From positions 6,045 to 70,044 of the forward strand of contig JADHVD010000002.1 in the NCBI GenBank assembly GCA_016784165.1: a DNA stretch of 64,000 nt, given 5' to 3'. This DNA comes from Candidatus Woesearchaeota archaeon (GTDB lineage Archaea; Nanobdellota; Nanobdellia; Woesearchaeales; BS150m-G63). The translations under genes and the position numbers were made by a program. The stretch's first letter is position 1. Each line of letters opens with the position of its first letter. Positions 28,597-39,253 of the stretch are shown in pieces. The notes beneath the pieces are model-generated. The model had not been told where the DNA came from. It saw only the letters and a list, made by a program, of their open reading frames with translations, and searched no databases.

Positions 28597-28598
28597 TT

Positions 28599-29183
28599 TT
28601 AGTTTAAACTATAGATTTTTTTCTGTTTCTTTATTTTCTTTTCTTTGATTAAAATATCCATGAATTTTTCAAGCTCTTTTTCTGGAACTCCAGTATTCTT
28701 TGAAAGTTCAACAACATCCTTTCCTTTTTCTTTTAATGCAAGGAATATCAAATTTCTTAAGAAGATTGCGCTATTTTTCCTTAATATTTTATTCTCTTGA
28801 CCAGTATTTTTGGCAACCATATCTATTTTATGGAGTCTTGCTTGAAGATCATTAAGAATATCCGAAAAATCATGAGAACTATAAGTTAAATTAGCTGGTT
28901 CAATTATTTCTACGCTTGAAGGCATATAATCAAAACAAAATTCAACAACCCTTTTAGTGTCTTTCATTAGTGTTTCAAGTTCTACAAACATCGTAAAAAG
29001 TCCTTCCTTTTCTTCGGGTTCTACATAATCTTCTTTTAGTATCTCAATAGTCTTATCTTTTTTTAATAATTCGATATAACCTTTTAATGTTTTTTCTAAG
29101 TGTTCTTTTGGTTTTCCAAGCATTTCAATTATGAAATTACAATGGAGCCATCCATCATTAATTTTTTGTTTAATTTTATCCAT
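28599..29183 (-). CDS. Putative ScpA-like kleisin partner of ScpB (divergent); start uncertain
   Basis: Immediately upstream of scpB with a 3-nt gap (the conserved scpA-scpB arrangement); C-terminal winged-helix-like segment; the track start at 29333 would overlap the divergent 29277 gene, so an internal Met at 29183 is preferred. Confidence 0.35.
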   Translation of the reverse strand: MDKIKQKINDGWLHCNFIIEMLGKPKEHLEKTLKGYIELLKKDKTIEILKEDYVEPEEKEGLFTMFVELETLMKDTKRVVEFCFDYMPSSVEIIEPANLTYSSHDFSDILNDLQARLHKIDMVAKNTGQENKILRKNSAIFLRNLIFLALKEKGKDVVELSKNTGVPEKELEKFMDILIKEKKIKKQKKIYSLN

Positions 29184-29276
29184 TTTATCCTCTATAATAT
29201 GTAATTTAGATGGATTTAAAAAGGTTTCGCAAAACATATAAAGAAATGGATTTAAAAGGGGTTCCAGGGAGTAATA

Positions 29277-30002
29277 ATGGATAAATGGATACTTAGCGAT
29301 ACATACATGCAATTTGAAGGAATAAACCTTCACATCACGGTAGATGAAGAAAGGGGGAATTATGAGATGTCTGTAATTTTACCTTTTTTAGATAATCTTG
29401 ATTATTTACCTCAATTGGGCAGAGGCCTTTGGGATGTTGGTTTTGAGTTTAATGAGTCTAATAACCTCTATCATTTTAAAGATAAAGAGAATAAATACGT
29501 AGTGGACAAAAAAGCCAAATACGCAAATTTAACTTTTATTAGAGAAGACCGTGAGGGTTTTTTATTAGAAGAGGAGGTTGAAGAGTTGTTTAATTCTTAT
29601 CGTCGAGTTAAGGATGTGGTGAGAACAGATTGTGGTGATTTTGATGGATTAGATAATTATCTTATTAACTTTGGTTATGATGACTTAATGAAAAGTAAAA
29701 AAGATCATCTTTCATCTGAAGGGGGTTTTGAATCTAAATCCCAATTACAAGGAAGGTACCCTAAAATCATTGAAGATAGCATTTTTAAGGAAATAAATCA
29801 AATTATGAAGACTCCTTTAACTTGGGAAGAAACAGTAGATTTTATGTTAGAGGGGATAACTGAATTGAAAAAAAATATTAAAGAAGGAAACAAACAAAGA
29901 ATTAATGATTCTAAAGGGAGAATAGAATATTATGCTAAAAAATTAGATTATGAACCTACAGAGATGTTGGACAAGATTCTTAACAAAAAAAGACAAAATT
30001 GA
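29277..30002 (+). CDS. Hypothetical protein
   Basis: 241-aa ORF with coding-like composition, divergent from the scpAB pair; no motif recognized. Confidence 0.4.
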   Translation: MDKWILSDTYMQFEGINLHITVDEERGNYEMSVILPFLDNLDYLPQLGRGLWDVGFEFNESNNLYHFKDKENKYVVDKKAKYANLTFIREDREGFLLEEEVEELFNSYRRVKDVVRTDCGDFDGLDNYLINFGYDDLMKSKKDHLSSEGGFESKSQLQGRYPKIIEDSIFKEINQIMKTPLTWEETVDFMLEGITELKKNIKEGNKQRINDSKGRIEYYAKKLDYEPTEMLDKILNKKRQN

Positions 30003-30131
30003 GTGGTTTTGTGCTAAAAAACATAAGGTTTATAAATGAGACCCAACTTTTTCAACTTACAAAGCCCGAGTTCAAATTAATGAGCGGTTATAGGGTTCAT
30101 AGATACTATGAATTCTAAGCTTTGAATTTTA

Positions 30132-30641
30132 ATGGCAGAAGAAAAATCTAAAGAAAACAGACAAGAGTCAAAAACTCCTGATCAAAAACAAGATATAAAG
30201 TATTTTGTAAGGATTGCAAATACTGATTTAGTTGGGAGTAAATCAATTTATTTAGCTCTTCGTAAAATCAAAGGGGTTAATTTCATGTTTGCAAATGCAG
30301 CATGTGCTATTACTGGAATACCTAAAGATAAAAAAACAGGAAGTTTATCTGAACAAGAAATAAAAAAACTTGATGAATTTTTAACAAACCCATTAAAATT
30401 TAATTTACCTTCATGGTTATTGAATAGACAAAAAGATTATGATACTGGAGTAGATAAACATCTTTTAACTTCAGATCTTGATTTCACAAAAGAATTTGAT
30501 ATTAGGAGATTAAAAAAGATAAAATCTAATCGTGGATTCAGACATGCATGGGGATTACCTTTAAGAGGTCAAAAAACAAAATCAAATTTCAGAAGAAACA
30601 AAAGAAAAGGAGCTCTTGGAGTCAAGAGAAAGAAAAAATAA
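30132..30641 (+). CDS. rps13: 30S ribosomal protein S13 (uS13)
   Basis: YFVRIANTDLVGSKSIYLALRKIKGVNFMFANAACAITGI... S13 signature; basic C-tail. Confidence 0.9.
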   Translation: MAEEKSKENRQESKTPDQKQDIKYFVRIANTDLVGSKSIYLALRKIKGVNFMFANAACAITGIPKDKKTGSLSEQEIKKLDEFLTNPLKFNLPSWLLNRQKDYDTGVDKHLLTSDLDFTKEFDIRRLKKIKSNRGFRHAWGLPLRGQKTKSNFRRNKRKGALGVKRKKK

Positions 30642-30652
30642 GGTAAATTAAA

Positions 30653-31249
30653 ATGGGAGATCCAAAAAAACGAAGAAAAAAATTCTCAGCACCATCTAAA
30701 AGATGGGAAAAAGATAGAATTGATGAAGAAAAATCATTAATTAGAGAATATGGGCTAAAAAATAAAAAAGAAATTTGGAAATTCGAATTTAAATTAAGAA
30801 ATTTTTCAAGACAAGCAAAAAGATTAGTTGCTTTGAAAACTGCTCAAGCAGAAAAAGAAAAAGAACAATTATTACTTAAACTAAAATCCTTATCATTATT
30901 ATCAGGTACAGCGAAATTAGAAAATATATTAGATCTTCAATTAAAAGATTTGTTAGATAGGAGATTGCAAACAGTAGTTTACAAAAAAGGATTAGCAAGA
31001 TCGGTTAATGCAGCAAGACAACTCATTACACACGGACATATATTTATAGATAAAGTTAAAATTACTGTCCCTTCTTACACTGTACTCGCAAAAGAAGACC
31101 CCTTAATAACCTATAGTCAAAGTTCTCCTTTTTCTAATGATCAACATCCAGAAAGAATTGTAATGAAGAAAGCACCAAAACCAAAAAAAGTAATTGAACC
31201 AAAAGGAAAATATAATCGAAATAAACAACAAAGGAAATTTAAAAAATGA
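30653..31249 (+). CDS. rps4: 30S ribosomal protein S4 (uS4)
   Basis: [26 protein letters not shown]... and the S4 domain ...[22 protein letters not shown]. Confidence 0.9.
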   Translation: MGDPKKRRKKFSAPSKRWEKDRIDEEKSLIREYGLKNKKEIWKFEFKLRNFSRQAKRLVALKTAQAEKEKEQLLLKLKSLSLLSGTAKLENILDLQLKDLLDRRLQTVVYKKGLARSVNAARQLITHGHIFIDKVKITVPSYTVLAKEDPLITYSQSSPFSNDQHPERIVMKKAPKPKKVIEPKGKYNRNKQQRKFKK

Positions 31250-31680
31250 AACCTCAATATAATAAACCACAACAAACTTATAGAAAACAAGAAGGAATAA
31301 GGTGGGGAATAGCACACATATATGCATCATATAATAACACTATAATCCATATTACAGATATTACAGGTACAGAAACAATTACAAAAGCTTCTGGCGGTAT
31401 GGTGGTTAAAGCAGATCATTTAGAAGGTTCACCAACAGCTGCAATGATTGCTGCAAAAAGAGCGGCAGAAGTTGTAAAAGATAAAGGAATCCAAGGACTT
31501 CACATTAAAATAAAAGCACCTGGAGGGCACAATGGTCCAAATAATCCAGGTCCCGGAGCTCAAGCAGCAATAAGGGCATTATCAAGGATGGGTTTAAAAA
31601 TTGGAATTATAGATGAAGTTACACCAATACCTCACGATGGTTGTAGAAAAAAAGGAGGAAGACGAGGAAGACGAGTCTAA
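31246..31680 (+). CDS. rps11: 30S ribosomal protein S11 (uS11)
   Basis: [34 protein letters not shown]...[11 protein letters not shown]... S11 signature; overlaps the S4 stop (operon). Confidence 0.9.
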   Translation: MKPQYNKPQQTYRKQEGIRWGIAHIYASYNNTIIHITDITGTETITKASGGMVVKADHLEGSPTAAMIAAKRAAEVVKDKGIQGLHIKIKAPGGHNGPNNPGPGAQAAIRALSRMGLKIGIIDEVTPIPHDGCRKKGGRRGRRV

Positions 31681-31700
31681 AGCCAAAAAAATTCGAAAAA

Positions 31701-32495
31701 ATGAAAATAAATATAATAAACCAGGACAAAAAGCAAAATAAGATTTCATTTATGTTAGAAGATACAACTCCTGCATTTGCAAACTTGATAAGGCGAATAA
31801 TTATTGGAACAGTTCCAACAATCGCTATAGAAGATATAGAATTCAAATATAATGATTCTATTTTATATGATGAAATGATTGCACTTCGTTTAGGATTAAT
31901 ACCTTTAACCACTGATTTAAAAACTTATAATTTTCCAGAAAATTGTAAATGTAAAGGCAAAGGATGTGCTAGATGTTCAGTAGTTTTAAGTTTAAAGGCA
32001 AAGGGGCCTGCAACAGTCTATGCTTCTGATTTAAAATCAAAGGATCCAAAAATAAAACCAGTTTTTCCAGAAACCCCCATTGTTAAATTATTAAAAGGGC
32101 AAAAATTAGAACTAATCGCAACCGCTGTATTGGGTAAGGGAAGAAATCATATTAAATGGGGTCCAGGAACCGCATTTTATCAATATAAACCAATTATAGA
32201 ATTAAACAATTGCACAAATGAAAAAATTGTAGAAATATGTCCTAAACAAATATTTCAATTAAAAAATAATAAAATAGTGGTTAATAAAGACAAAATATTT
32301 GACTGCCATTTATGTGGTGCATGCACTGATGAATGTAAAGATGGCTCAATTAAAGTTAAAGGAGATAAAAATAACTTAATTTTTAATGTTGAGTCTTGGG
32401 GTCAACTTCCAGTCAAAGAAATATTAACTAAAGCATCAGAAATAATTGACGATAACCTAAACGAGCTCAGTGATAAACTCAAAAAAGCAAAGTAA
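31701..32495 (+). CDS. rpoD: DNA-directed RNA polymerase subunit D (Rpo3/RpoD) with 4Fe-4S-type cysteine cluster
   Basis: ISFMLEDTTPAFANLIRRIIIGTVPTIAIEDIEF (Rpb3/alpha-like dimerization domain), cysteine clusters CKCKGKGCARC and CHLCGACTDEC. Confidence 0.88.
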   Translation: MKINIINQDKKQNKISFMLEDTTPAFANLIRRIIIGTVPTIAIEDIEFKYNDSILYDEMIALRLGLIPLTTDLKTYNFPENCKCKGKGCARCSVVLSLKAKGPATVYASDLKSKDPKIKPVFPETPIVKLLKGQKLELIATAVLGKGRNHIKWGPGTAFYQYKPIIELNNCTNEKIVEICPKQIFQLKNNKIVVNKDKIFDCHLCGACTDECKDGSIKVKGDKNNLIFNVESWGQLPVKEILTKASEIIDDNLNELSDKLKKAK

Positions 32496-32526
32496 TTGTT
32501 TTTTACGAGGGTGTCAGGGTCCGGCC

Positions 32527-32550
32527 AATTCAAAAACCAGTTTTTGAATT
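32527..32550 (+). terminator. Perfect 10-bp hairpin (AATTCAAAAA-CCAG-TTTTTGAATT) ending in a T-run, 32 nt after the rpoD stop; candidate terminator/attenuator
   Basis: Inverted repeat read directly from the sequence; T5 on the 3' arm fits archaeal oligo-T termination signals. Confidence 0.4.
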
Positions 32551-32696
32551 GTATTAAAAGAATATTCGATTCTTTTTGTACGACTTGAAGATTTTATTTG
32601 TTTAAAATCTTTCTTGTTAAGGAAGAAACCGAGTTTCGAGATCGAATGACTAATGTGATTAAATCAACAAAGTGGATTTACATCGCCTCTTGGGGG

Positions 32697-32725
32697 CTAC
32701 GACCCAAAACGTAGGTTCCAAATCC
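32697..32725 (+). other. Hairpin + T-loop-like element (CTACG-acccaaaa-CGTAG-GTTCCAAATCC); 19 nt identical to the element beside tRNA-Gly at 13341-13375
   Basis: aaaaCGTAGGTTCCAAATC identical at both loci (opposite strands); lies in the 275-bp rpoD-rpl18e spacer where many archaea carry a tRNA gene; could not be folded into a cloverleaf. Confidence 0.4.
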
Positions 32726-32770
32726 AGTCCCATACATCACACATCAAGATTATTAAATAATTATAATAAA

Positions 32771-33121
32771 ATGAAACGAACAGGACCAAGTAATGAGGAG
32801 CTGAGAAACCTGATACAGGACTTAAAGCAGTTATCACTAGATCAAAAAGTGCCTTTATGGAAAAGAATTGCAAAAGATTTAGAAAAATCAACAAGGCAAC
32901 GAAGGATTATCAATATCTCTAAAATAAATCGTTTTTCAAAAGCAAATGAAACAATCATAGTTCCTGGAAAAGTACTCGGTACAGGAGATATTAATCATAA
33001 TGTAACTGTAGCTGCTTGGCAATTTTCAGAATCAGCTAAAGATAAAATAAAAAGTCTCTTAAGTATAAGGGATTTAATGAAAACAAACCCAAAAGGGAAA
33101 AAATTAAGGATACTTGGATAA
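32771..33121 (+). CDS. rpl18e: 50S ribosomal protein L18e
   Basis: MKRTGPSNEELRNLIQDLKQ...IVPGKVLGTGDINHNVTVAAWQFSESAKDKI; start moved to ATG 32771 (the track ORF begins upstream inside the spacer). Confidence 0.85.
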   Translation: MKRTGPSNEELRNLIQDLKQLSLDQKVPLWKRIAKDLEKSTRQRRIINISKINRFSKANETIIVPGKVLGTGDINHNVTVAAWQFSESAKDKIKSLLSIRDLMKTNPKGKKLRILG

Positions 33122-33539
33122 AATGATAATTGACGCAGAAAACCTACTAATTGGAAGATTTGCAACTGTTGTTGCAAAAAAAGCAATACTAGGTGAAAAA
33201 ATAGACGTAATAAATTGTTCAAAAGCAATTGTTAGTGGTAAAAAAAGCGAAGTACTTGCAAAATATAAAACAAGAAGTATTAGGGGTTCAGCTACTAAAG
33301 GCCCATTCATTCCAAAAATTCCTGAAAGATTTGTAAAAAGGGCTATAAGGGGAATGTTACCATATAAAAAACCACATGGAAGAGCCGCATTTGAAAGAAT
33401 AATTTGCCATAGGGGAGTTCCTCAAGAATTAGAAGGCAAAAAAGCAGAAACAATAAAAGAAGCAAACCATTCAAAATTACCAACATTAAATTATGTAACA
33501 GTTGAAGAGATATGTAAATACCTTGGAGGCAAAATATGA
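33114..33539 (+). CDS. rpl13: 50S ribosomal protein L13 (uL13)
   Basis: IDAENLLIGRFATVVAKKAILGEKIDVINCSKAIVSG...RGMLPYKKPHGR; alternative start at 33123. Confidence 0.88.
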   Translation: MDKMIIDAENLLIGRFATVVAKKAILGEKIDVINCSKAIVSGKKSEVLAKYKTRSIRGSATKGPFIPKIPERFVKRAIRGMLPYKKPHGRAAFERIICHRGVPQELEGKKAETIKEANHSKLPTLNYVTVEEICKYLGGKI

Positions 33540-33931
33540 AACCAATTCATGTATCTGGAAAAAGAAAAAGAGCAATTGCAAGAGCTACCCTTACAGAAGG
33601 TAATGGGAAAATAAAGATAAACAAAGTGCCTTTAGATGTATTCCAGACAAAAATAGCAAGATTAAGATTAAAAGAACCCTTAGTTTTAGCAGGAGATGCT
33701 GTACAAAAAGTAGATTTAAATATCAATGTAACTGGTGGAGGAGCAGCAGGTCAAACAGAAGCTGTTAGGTTAGTTATAGGAAAAGCATTTGCTAAATACA
33801 ATTCAAAATTAGAAGAAATATTCTTAAAGTATGATAAACATTTATTAGTTGCAGACGTAAGAAGAAAAGAACCAAGTAAACCAAATAGACACGGTAAAGC
33901 ACGTGCAAAAAGACAAAAATCATATAGGTGA
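33536..33931 (+). CDS. rps9: 30S ribosomal protein S9 (uS9)
   Basis: GKRKRAIARATLTEGNGKIKIN...GGGAAGQTEAVRLVIGKAF...RRKEPSKPNRHGKARAKRQKSYR. Confidence 0.9.
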   Translation: MKPIHVSGKRKRAIARATLTEGNGKIKINKVPLDVFQTKIARLRLKEPLVLAGDAVQKVDLNINVTGGGAAGQTEAVRLVIGKAFAKYNSKLEEIFLKYDKHLLVADVRRKEPSKPNRHGKARAKRQKSYR

Positions 33932-33959
33932 TTGAGAAACAATCCATGGAGGCTCAAAA

Positions 33960-34157
33960 ATGATAATACCAATAAGATGCTATAGTTGCGGAAAACCAAT
34001 CGCACAACTTTGGGAAGAATTTATTAAACGAGTTGAAAAAGGCGAAGATAGAAAAAAAGTCATGGATGAATTAGGTCTCGAAAGATATTGTTGCAGAACT
34101 CAGTTCATGGGACATGTTGAATTAATCGATGATATAGCTCCTTTTAAGAAATTTTAA
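33960..34157 (+). CDS. rpoN: DNA-directed RNA polymerase subunit N (Rpo10/RpoN)
   Basis: [21 protein letters not shown]...[19 protein letters not shown]: zinc-binding CxxC...CC signature of RpoN/Rpb10. Confidence 0.88.
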   Translation: MIIPIRCYSCGKPIAQLWEEFIKRVEKGEDRKKVMDELGLERYCCRTQFMGHVELIDDIAPFKKF

Positions 34158-34386
34158 AATTTTTTTTACTTTTTTCTTGTAAATTAAACGATTCTTTAGT
34201 GTAAATTATAACTCTCACCCTTTTTTCTTTTTCTACAAAAATCTAGTTTGCCTTAATTTACTAACTTTTCCATCATTTATAATTAAATAATCTTTTTTCA
34301 CATCAAACCATCCTGATTATTATATAAAAACATTATGTTAATAAAACCAAAACACACAACAATCTTCCCACACTAAAAATCAAAAC

Positions 34387-34396
34387 TTTAATAAAT
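34387..34396 (+). promoter_or_regulatory. Candidate archaeal TATA box (TTTAATAAAT) ~30 nt upstream of the leuS ATG (implies a leaderless transcript)
   Basis: A/T box at the expected -26/-30 spacing from ATG 34422; many similar A/T boxes exist in this AT-rich genome, so specificity is low. Confidence 0.3.
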
Positions 34397-34421
34397 CTCT
34401 CCCCTATAAAGATTTCTCATA

Positions 34422-37073
34422 ATGCCAAACTTTAAGAAAATAGCCGATAAGTGGCAAAAAGAGTGGGATAAGAAAAAGGTATTCCAGACAAAACCATCAA
34501 AGAAAAAGAAGTTCTATTGTTTAGAGATGTTCCCATACCCTACTGCAAAACTACACATGGGGCATGTAAGGAATTATTCTATTGGTGACGCTATAGCCAG
34601 ATACAAAAGAATGCAGGGTTTTAATGTACTTTACCCAATGGGTTATGATTCTTTTGGTATTCCAGCAGAAAACGCCGCAATTAAATCAGGCGCAGATCCT
34701 AAAAAATGGACAGAATCAAATATAGTACAAATCAAACAACAACAAAAACAATTAGGTTTAAGTTATGATTGGGACAGAGAGATAGCAACCCATACAGAAG
34801 AGTATTACAAATTCAATCAATTATTTTTCAGGGAAATGTTCAAAAAAGGATTGGCATACAGAAAACATTCTCCAATAAATTTCTGTTCAAAATGTCAAAC
34901 AGTGTTAGCTAACGAGCAAGTAGAAAATGAAAAATGCTGGAGATGTGGCACTGATGTTGAACAAAAACATCTTGAACAGTGGTTCTTAAGGATCACAGAA
35001 TATGCAGATCAGCTATTAGAAGATATTTCCAAATTAGAAGATTGGCCAGAAAAAGTAAAAACCATGCAGAAAAATTGGATAGGGAGATCCTACGGCACTG
35101 AAATATTTTTCAAAATAAAAGACTCAGACAAAATAATATCAACATTCACGACAAGACCCGACACAATTTATGGATTAACATATCTTGTTTTTGCGCCAGA
35201 ACACCCATTAGTGTTAGAATTAGTAAAAGGCACAAAATATGAAAAAGAAACTAAAGAATTCATAAAACAAGTAAAAAGAGAATCTGTAATTGATAGGATG
35301 GATGAATCCAAACCTAAAAAAGGCATGTTCATCGGAAAATATTTCACAAATCCTGTAAACAATGAAGAGTTGCCTATCTGGATAGCTAATTATGCTTTAG
35401 CAAATTACGGAACTGGGGCTGTAATGGCTGTTCCAACTCACGATCAGAGGGATTTTGAGTTTGCAAAAAAATACAATCTCCCACTAAAAGTCGTAATTAC
35501 ATCAAGAGATTACACCCTTGACCCTCAAAAAATGGCAAGAGCCTATACTGATGAAGGGGTAATGATTAATTCAGGTGATTTTGATGGGGAAGACAATAAA
35601 GATGCAATAAATTCTATTTCAGATTTTCTTGAAAAAAAGGGATGGGGAAAACGTACAGTAAATTACAAACTCAGAGACTGGCTGATATCTAGACAAAGAT
35701 ATTGGGGAACTCCAATTCCAATAATCTACTGCGATAATTGTGGGCCTGTTTTAGTTCCAAAAAAAGATCTTCCAATATCTCTTCCAAAAAACCCAAAAAT
35801 AACCGGGCAAGGAAACCCATTAGATAAGATTCCATCATTCATCAATACCAAATGCCCCAAATGTAAAGGTAAAGCAAAAAGGGAGACAGACACTATGGAT
35901 ACTTTCTTTGACTCTTCCTGGTATTTCTTAAGATATTGTTCACCAAAAAACAATAAACAACCATTTAGTAAAACAGAAGCAAACTATTGGCTCCCAGTTG
36001 ATCAGTATATAGGGGGGATAGAACACGCAATTCTTCATTTACTTTATGCAAGATTTTTTACAAAAACACTTAGAGATTTAAAATACATAGATATAGATGA
36101 ACCATTCAAAAAATTACTCACTCAAGGAATGGTGCTCAAAGATGGAATAAAAATGTCCAAATCTTACGGAAATGTTGTAGATCCTGGAAACATAATTGAA
36201 GAGTACGGTCCAGATACTGCAAGATTGTATATGCTTTTTGTGGCATTACCTGAAAAAGAGCTTGAATGGAATGATAAAGGTGTTGAAGGGTGTTTTAGAT
36301 TTTTAAAAAGATTATATTCTTTAACAGAAATTCCAAAATCAAAAAACAACATAAAAGATAGTTATATTGTAAGTAAAACACACAGCTTAATCAAAAAAAC
36401 AACAGAATTATTTGATAAATACCATTTTAGTATAGCTATATCTATTATGATGGAATACACCAGTACTTTAATAAAAAACAAACAGAATATTTCAACCAAA
36501 ATTTATAAAGAATCATTAAATAATCTTTGTTTATTATTATCTCCATTTGCACCACATGTTACAGAAGAGATTTGGAATAAACTAGGAAATAAAAAATTAA
36601 TTTCTACAGAAAACTGGCCAAAATATAACAAACAAAAAATAAACCCTGAATTTGAAGCAGCAGAACAAATAGTCTTACAAGCAACAAGAGACATAACTTC
36701 AATCAAAGCACTAATAAAGACAAAATCAAAAACCGCAACAATAATAATCTCAGAAGAATGGAAATATTCTTTATTCAAAAAAATACAAAAAAGAATAACC
36801 ACTACAAGAAATATTGGAGAGATAATTGGAGCAATTATGGATAAAAAACATCCAAAAGAGATTCCCAAAATAGTTCAATCAATATTAAAAGATCCAACAA
36901 AACTTCCAGAAACAATTCTCGATCAAAAAATAGAATTAAAAACACTAAAAAATTCTAAGGAAGAATTAGAAAAAGAAACTGACTTAAATATAGAAATTAT
37001 AATTGCAGAAAAAAGCAATGAACAAAAAGCAAAAACTGCAACACCACATAAACCAGCAATATTACTCCAATAA
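34422..37073 (+). CDS. leuS: Leucyl-tRNA synthetase (archaeal/eukaryal type)
   Basis: [16 protein letters not shown] (HIGH-class motif), ...[14 protein letters not shown] (KMSKS), CP1 editing domain with TRPDTIYG; 883 aa. Confidence 0.92.
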   Translation: MPNFKKIADKWQKEWDKKKVFQTKPSKKKKFYCLEMFPYPTAKLHMGHVRNYSIGDAIARYKRMQGFNVLYPMGYDSFGIPAENAAIKSGADPKKWTESNIVQIKQQQKQLGLSYDWDREIATHTEEYYKFNQLFFREMFKKGLAYRKHSPINFCSKCQTVLANEQVENEKCWRCGTDVEQKHLEQWFLRITEYADQLLEDISKLEDWPEKVKTMQKNWIGRSYGTEIFFKIKDSDKIISTFTTRPDTIYGLTYLVFAPEHPLVLELVKGTKYEKETKEFIKQVKRESVIDRMDESKPKKGMFIGKYFTNPVNNEELPIWIANYALANYGTGAVMAVPTHDQRDFEFAKKYNLPLKVVITSRDYTLDPQKMARAYTDEGVMINSGDFDGEDNKDAINSISDFLEKKGWGKRTVNYKLRDWLISRQRYWGTPIPIIYCDNCGPVLVPKKDLPISLPKNPKITGQGNPLDKIPSFINTKCPKCKGKAKRETDTMDTFFDSSWYFLRYCSPKNNKQPFSKTEANYWLPVDQYIGGIEHAILHLLYARFFTKTLRDLKYIDIDEPFKKLLTQGMVLKDGIKMSKSYGNVVDPGNIIEEYGPDTARLYMLFVALPEKELEWNDKGVEGCFRFLKRLYSLTEIPKSKNNIKDSYIVSKTHSLIKKTTELFDKYHFSIAISIMMEYTSTLIKNKQNISTKIYKESLNNLCLLLSPFAPHVTEEIWNKLGNKKLISTENWPKYNKQKINPEFEAAEQIVLQATRDITSIKALIKTKSKTATIIISEEWKYSLFKKIQKRITTTRNIGEIIGAIMDKKHPKEIPKIVQSILKDPTKLPETILDQKIELKTLKNSKEELEKETDLNIEIIIAEKSNEQKAKTATPHKPAILLQ

Positions 37074-37074
37074 A

Positions 37075-38493
37075 ATGATTGATTATAATAAATTAGGATT
37101 TAAATGCGGTATTGAGATTCATCAACAACTTGATACACATAAGTTATTCTGTAATTGTCCATCTGAAATAAGGAAAGATGTACCTGATTTCATAATAAAA
37201 AGATATCTTAGAGCTAGCGCAGGGGAAACAGGAAAAATAGATATCGCTGCAAAACACGAACAGAAAAAAGCAAAACAATTCCTATATCAAGGTTATGATG
37301 ATACCACTTGTCTTGTAGAAACCGACGATGAACCACCACACACACCAAATCAAGAAGCATTACTAATCACTTTACAAGTAGCCAAACTTCTTAATGCAAA
37401 AATAGTTGATAAAATACAATTTATGAGGAAAGTAGTAATAGATGGATCAAACACTTCCGGTTTTCAAAGAACAGCATTAATAGCAAGAGATGGCCATATA
37501 ATACTAAATAAAAAAAAGATAGGGATTTCTGTAATATTATTAGAAGAAGAAGCTTGTCAAGCAATCAAAAGAACAAAAGATGTAGATACATATAATCTTT
37601 CAAGACTCGGAATACCTTTAATTGAAATAGCAACAGCACCAGATATAAAATCACCTCAAGAATGTCAACAAGTAGCAGAACATCTTGGAATGTTATTAAG
37701 AAGTACAGGTAAGGCAAAAAGAGGGATAGGCACAATAAGACAAGATGTCAATGTTTCAATTTCAAAAGGTGAAAGAGTAGAAGTAAAAGGATTTCAAGAC
37801 TTAAAAAGTATTCCCAAGGTTATAGATTACGAAATAAAAAGACAACTCTCTTTAATAAAAAAACATAAGAAAATAACAAGAGATGTAAGAAAAGCAGAAC
37901 CAGATATGACAACCTCTTTTTCAAGACCTATGCCCGGTGCTTCTAGAATGTATCCAGAAACAGATGTAAAAACTATAGAAGTTACAGATAAACTTCTGAA
38001 ACAAATTCCTCACGTCAAATTAATAAAAGATCAAATAAAGGAGATAACAAAAAAATACAATCTTAACAAAGAACTCTCAACAGCAATTATAAAAAAAGGG
38101 ATAGCCATAGATAAATTCACAACAGATTACCCTAATATTCCTGCAGAATTTATTGCTCAAACATTAATTAATTCCCCAAAAGAACTTAGAAAAAGATATG
38201 GTTTAAAATTAGATATATATAAAATAATAAATCCTATTTTTGAGAAATTAAATGGAAACAAAATAACTAGAGAAGCAGTATTTGAATTAATATTAACAAT
38301 AGCTCAAGGAAAAAAACCAAACTATAATAAATATAAACCTATTTCAGAAGAAGGTGTAACTGAAGAAGTTAAGCAAGTCATAGCGAAAAATAAAGGGGCG
38401 CCAGTAAATGCCCTTATGGGAATCCTTATGTCCAAATATCGTGGAAAAATAGACGGAAAAAAAGCAATGGAACTTATTAAAAAATATTCATAA
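37075..38493 (+). CDS. gatE: Glutamyl-tRNA(Gln) amidotransferase subunit E (GatE), shorter than typical
   Basis: MIDYNKLGFKCGIEIHQQLDTHKLFCNC matches the GatE N-terminus (..GL(K/E)xGLEIHQQL..KLFC); start moved to 37075; ~473 aa versus ~620 typical. Confidence 0.7.
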   Translation: MIDYNKLGFKCGIEIHQQLDTHKLFCNCPSEIRKDVPDFIIKRYLRASAGETGKIDIAAKHEQKKAKQFLYQGYDDTTCLVETDDEPPHTPNQEALLITLQVAKLLNAKIVDKIQFMRKVVIDGSNTSGFQRTALIARDGHIILNKKKIGISVILLEEEACQAIKRTKDVDTYNLSRLGIPLIEIATAPDIKSPQECQQVAEHLGMLLRSTGKAKRGIGTIRQDVNVSISKGERVEVKGFQDLKSIPKVIDYEIKRQLSLIKKHKKITRDVRKAEPDMTTSFSRPMPGASRMYPETDVKTIEVTDKLLKQIPHVKLIKDQIKEITKKYNLNKELSTAIIKKGIAIDKFTTDYPNIPAEFIAQTLINSPKELRKRYGLKLDIYKIINPIFEKLNGNKITREAVFELILTIAQGKKPNYNKYKPISEEGVTEEVKQVIAKNKGAPVNALMGILMSKYRGKIDGKKAMELIKKYS

Positions 38494-38494
38494 A

Positions 38495-39253
38495 ATGTTA
38501 AGCATAATAATTATAGCAAAAAACGAAGAGGAATTTCTTCCTAGATTATTAAAAAGTATAAAAGCTCAAGATTATGATGATTATGAGATTATTCTAAGTG
38601 ATGCAAAAAGTACAGATAGCACAAGAGATATAGCAAAGAGTTATGGTTGTAAAATCGTAGATGGTGGACTCCCATCTATTGGAAGAAATAATGGGGCCAA
38701 AGTAGCCAAAGGAGAACTTCTCTTATTTTTAGATGCTGATGTAAAGATGCCCGAACATTTTTTAAAAAACACCGTAGCCGAATTCAAAAAAAGAAATCTT
38801 GCTACTGGAACCCCCTTATATAAACCGATTACAGATAAAACTATTGACAAAGTTTTATACGACACATATAATATTTGGGCTGTTGCAACTCAACATTTTT
38901 ATCCACACAGTGCTGGTTTTTGTATTTTTTCAAGAAAAGATGTTTTCAATAATTTAAATGGTTTTGATGAAGACCTTTTAATGGCAGAAGATCATGATTA
39001 TGTAAACAGAGGAAAAAAATATGGAAAATTTAGAATTTTGAAAAAATCAAATATTCTTGTTGATGTACGTAGGTTGGATAAGGAAGGAAGATTCATATTA
39101 GCAAAAAAATATCTTCAAGGTGCACTTCACAGAACTTTCAAGGGTGAAATGCATAAACCTCCTTTTGAGTATGAACTTCATGGCGGAGTAGAAATAACTA
39201 AAGAGATAAAAAAAAGAGATAAGAAAAGAGATAAGAAAAAGTTTTCTAAATAG
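38495..39253 (+). CDS. GT2-family glycosyltransferase
   Basis: LSIIIIAKNEEEFLPRLLKSI...YEIILSDAKSTDST...LFLDADV (DxD) GT-A fold signature. Confidence 0.75.
   Translation: MLSIIIIAKNEEEFLPRLLKSIKAQDYDDYEIILSDAKSTDSTRDIAKSYGCKIVDGGLPSIGRNNGAKVAKGELLLFLDADVKMPEHFLKNTVAEFKKRNLATGTPLYKPITDKTIDKVLYDTYNIWAVATQHFYPHSAGFCIFSRKDVFNNLNGFDEDLLMAEDHDYVNRGKKYGKFRILKKSNILVDVRRLDKEGRFILAKKYLQGALHRTFKGEMHKPPFEYELHGGVEITKEIKKRDKKRDKKKFSK

Noticed and set aside
32560-32760. A complete tRNA (Ser/Leu-like) in the rpoD-rpl18e spacer
   Set aside because: A T-loop-like block and a variable-arm-like hairpin are present, but no acceptor or D-arm pairing could be found on either strand; not reported as a tRNA.
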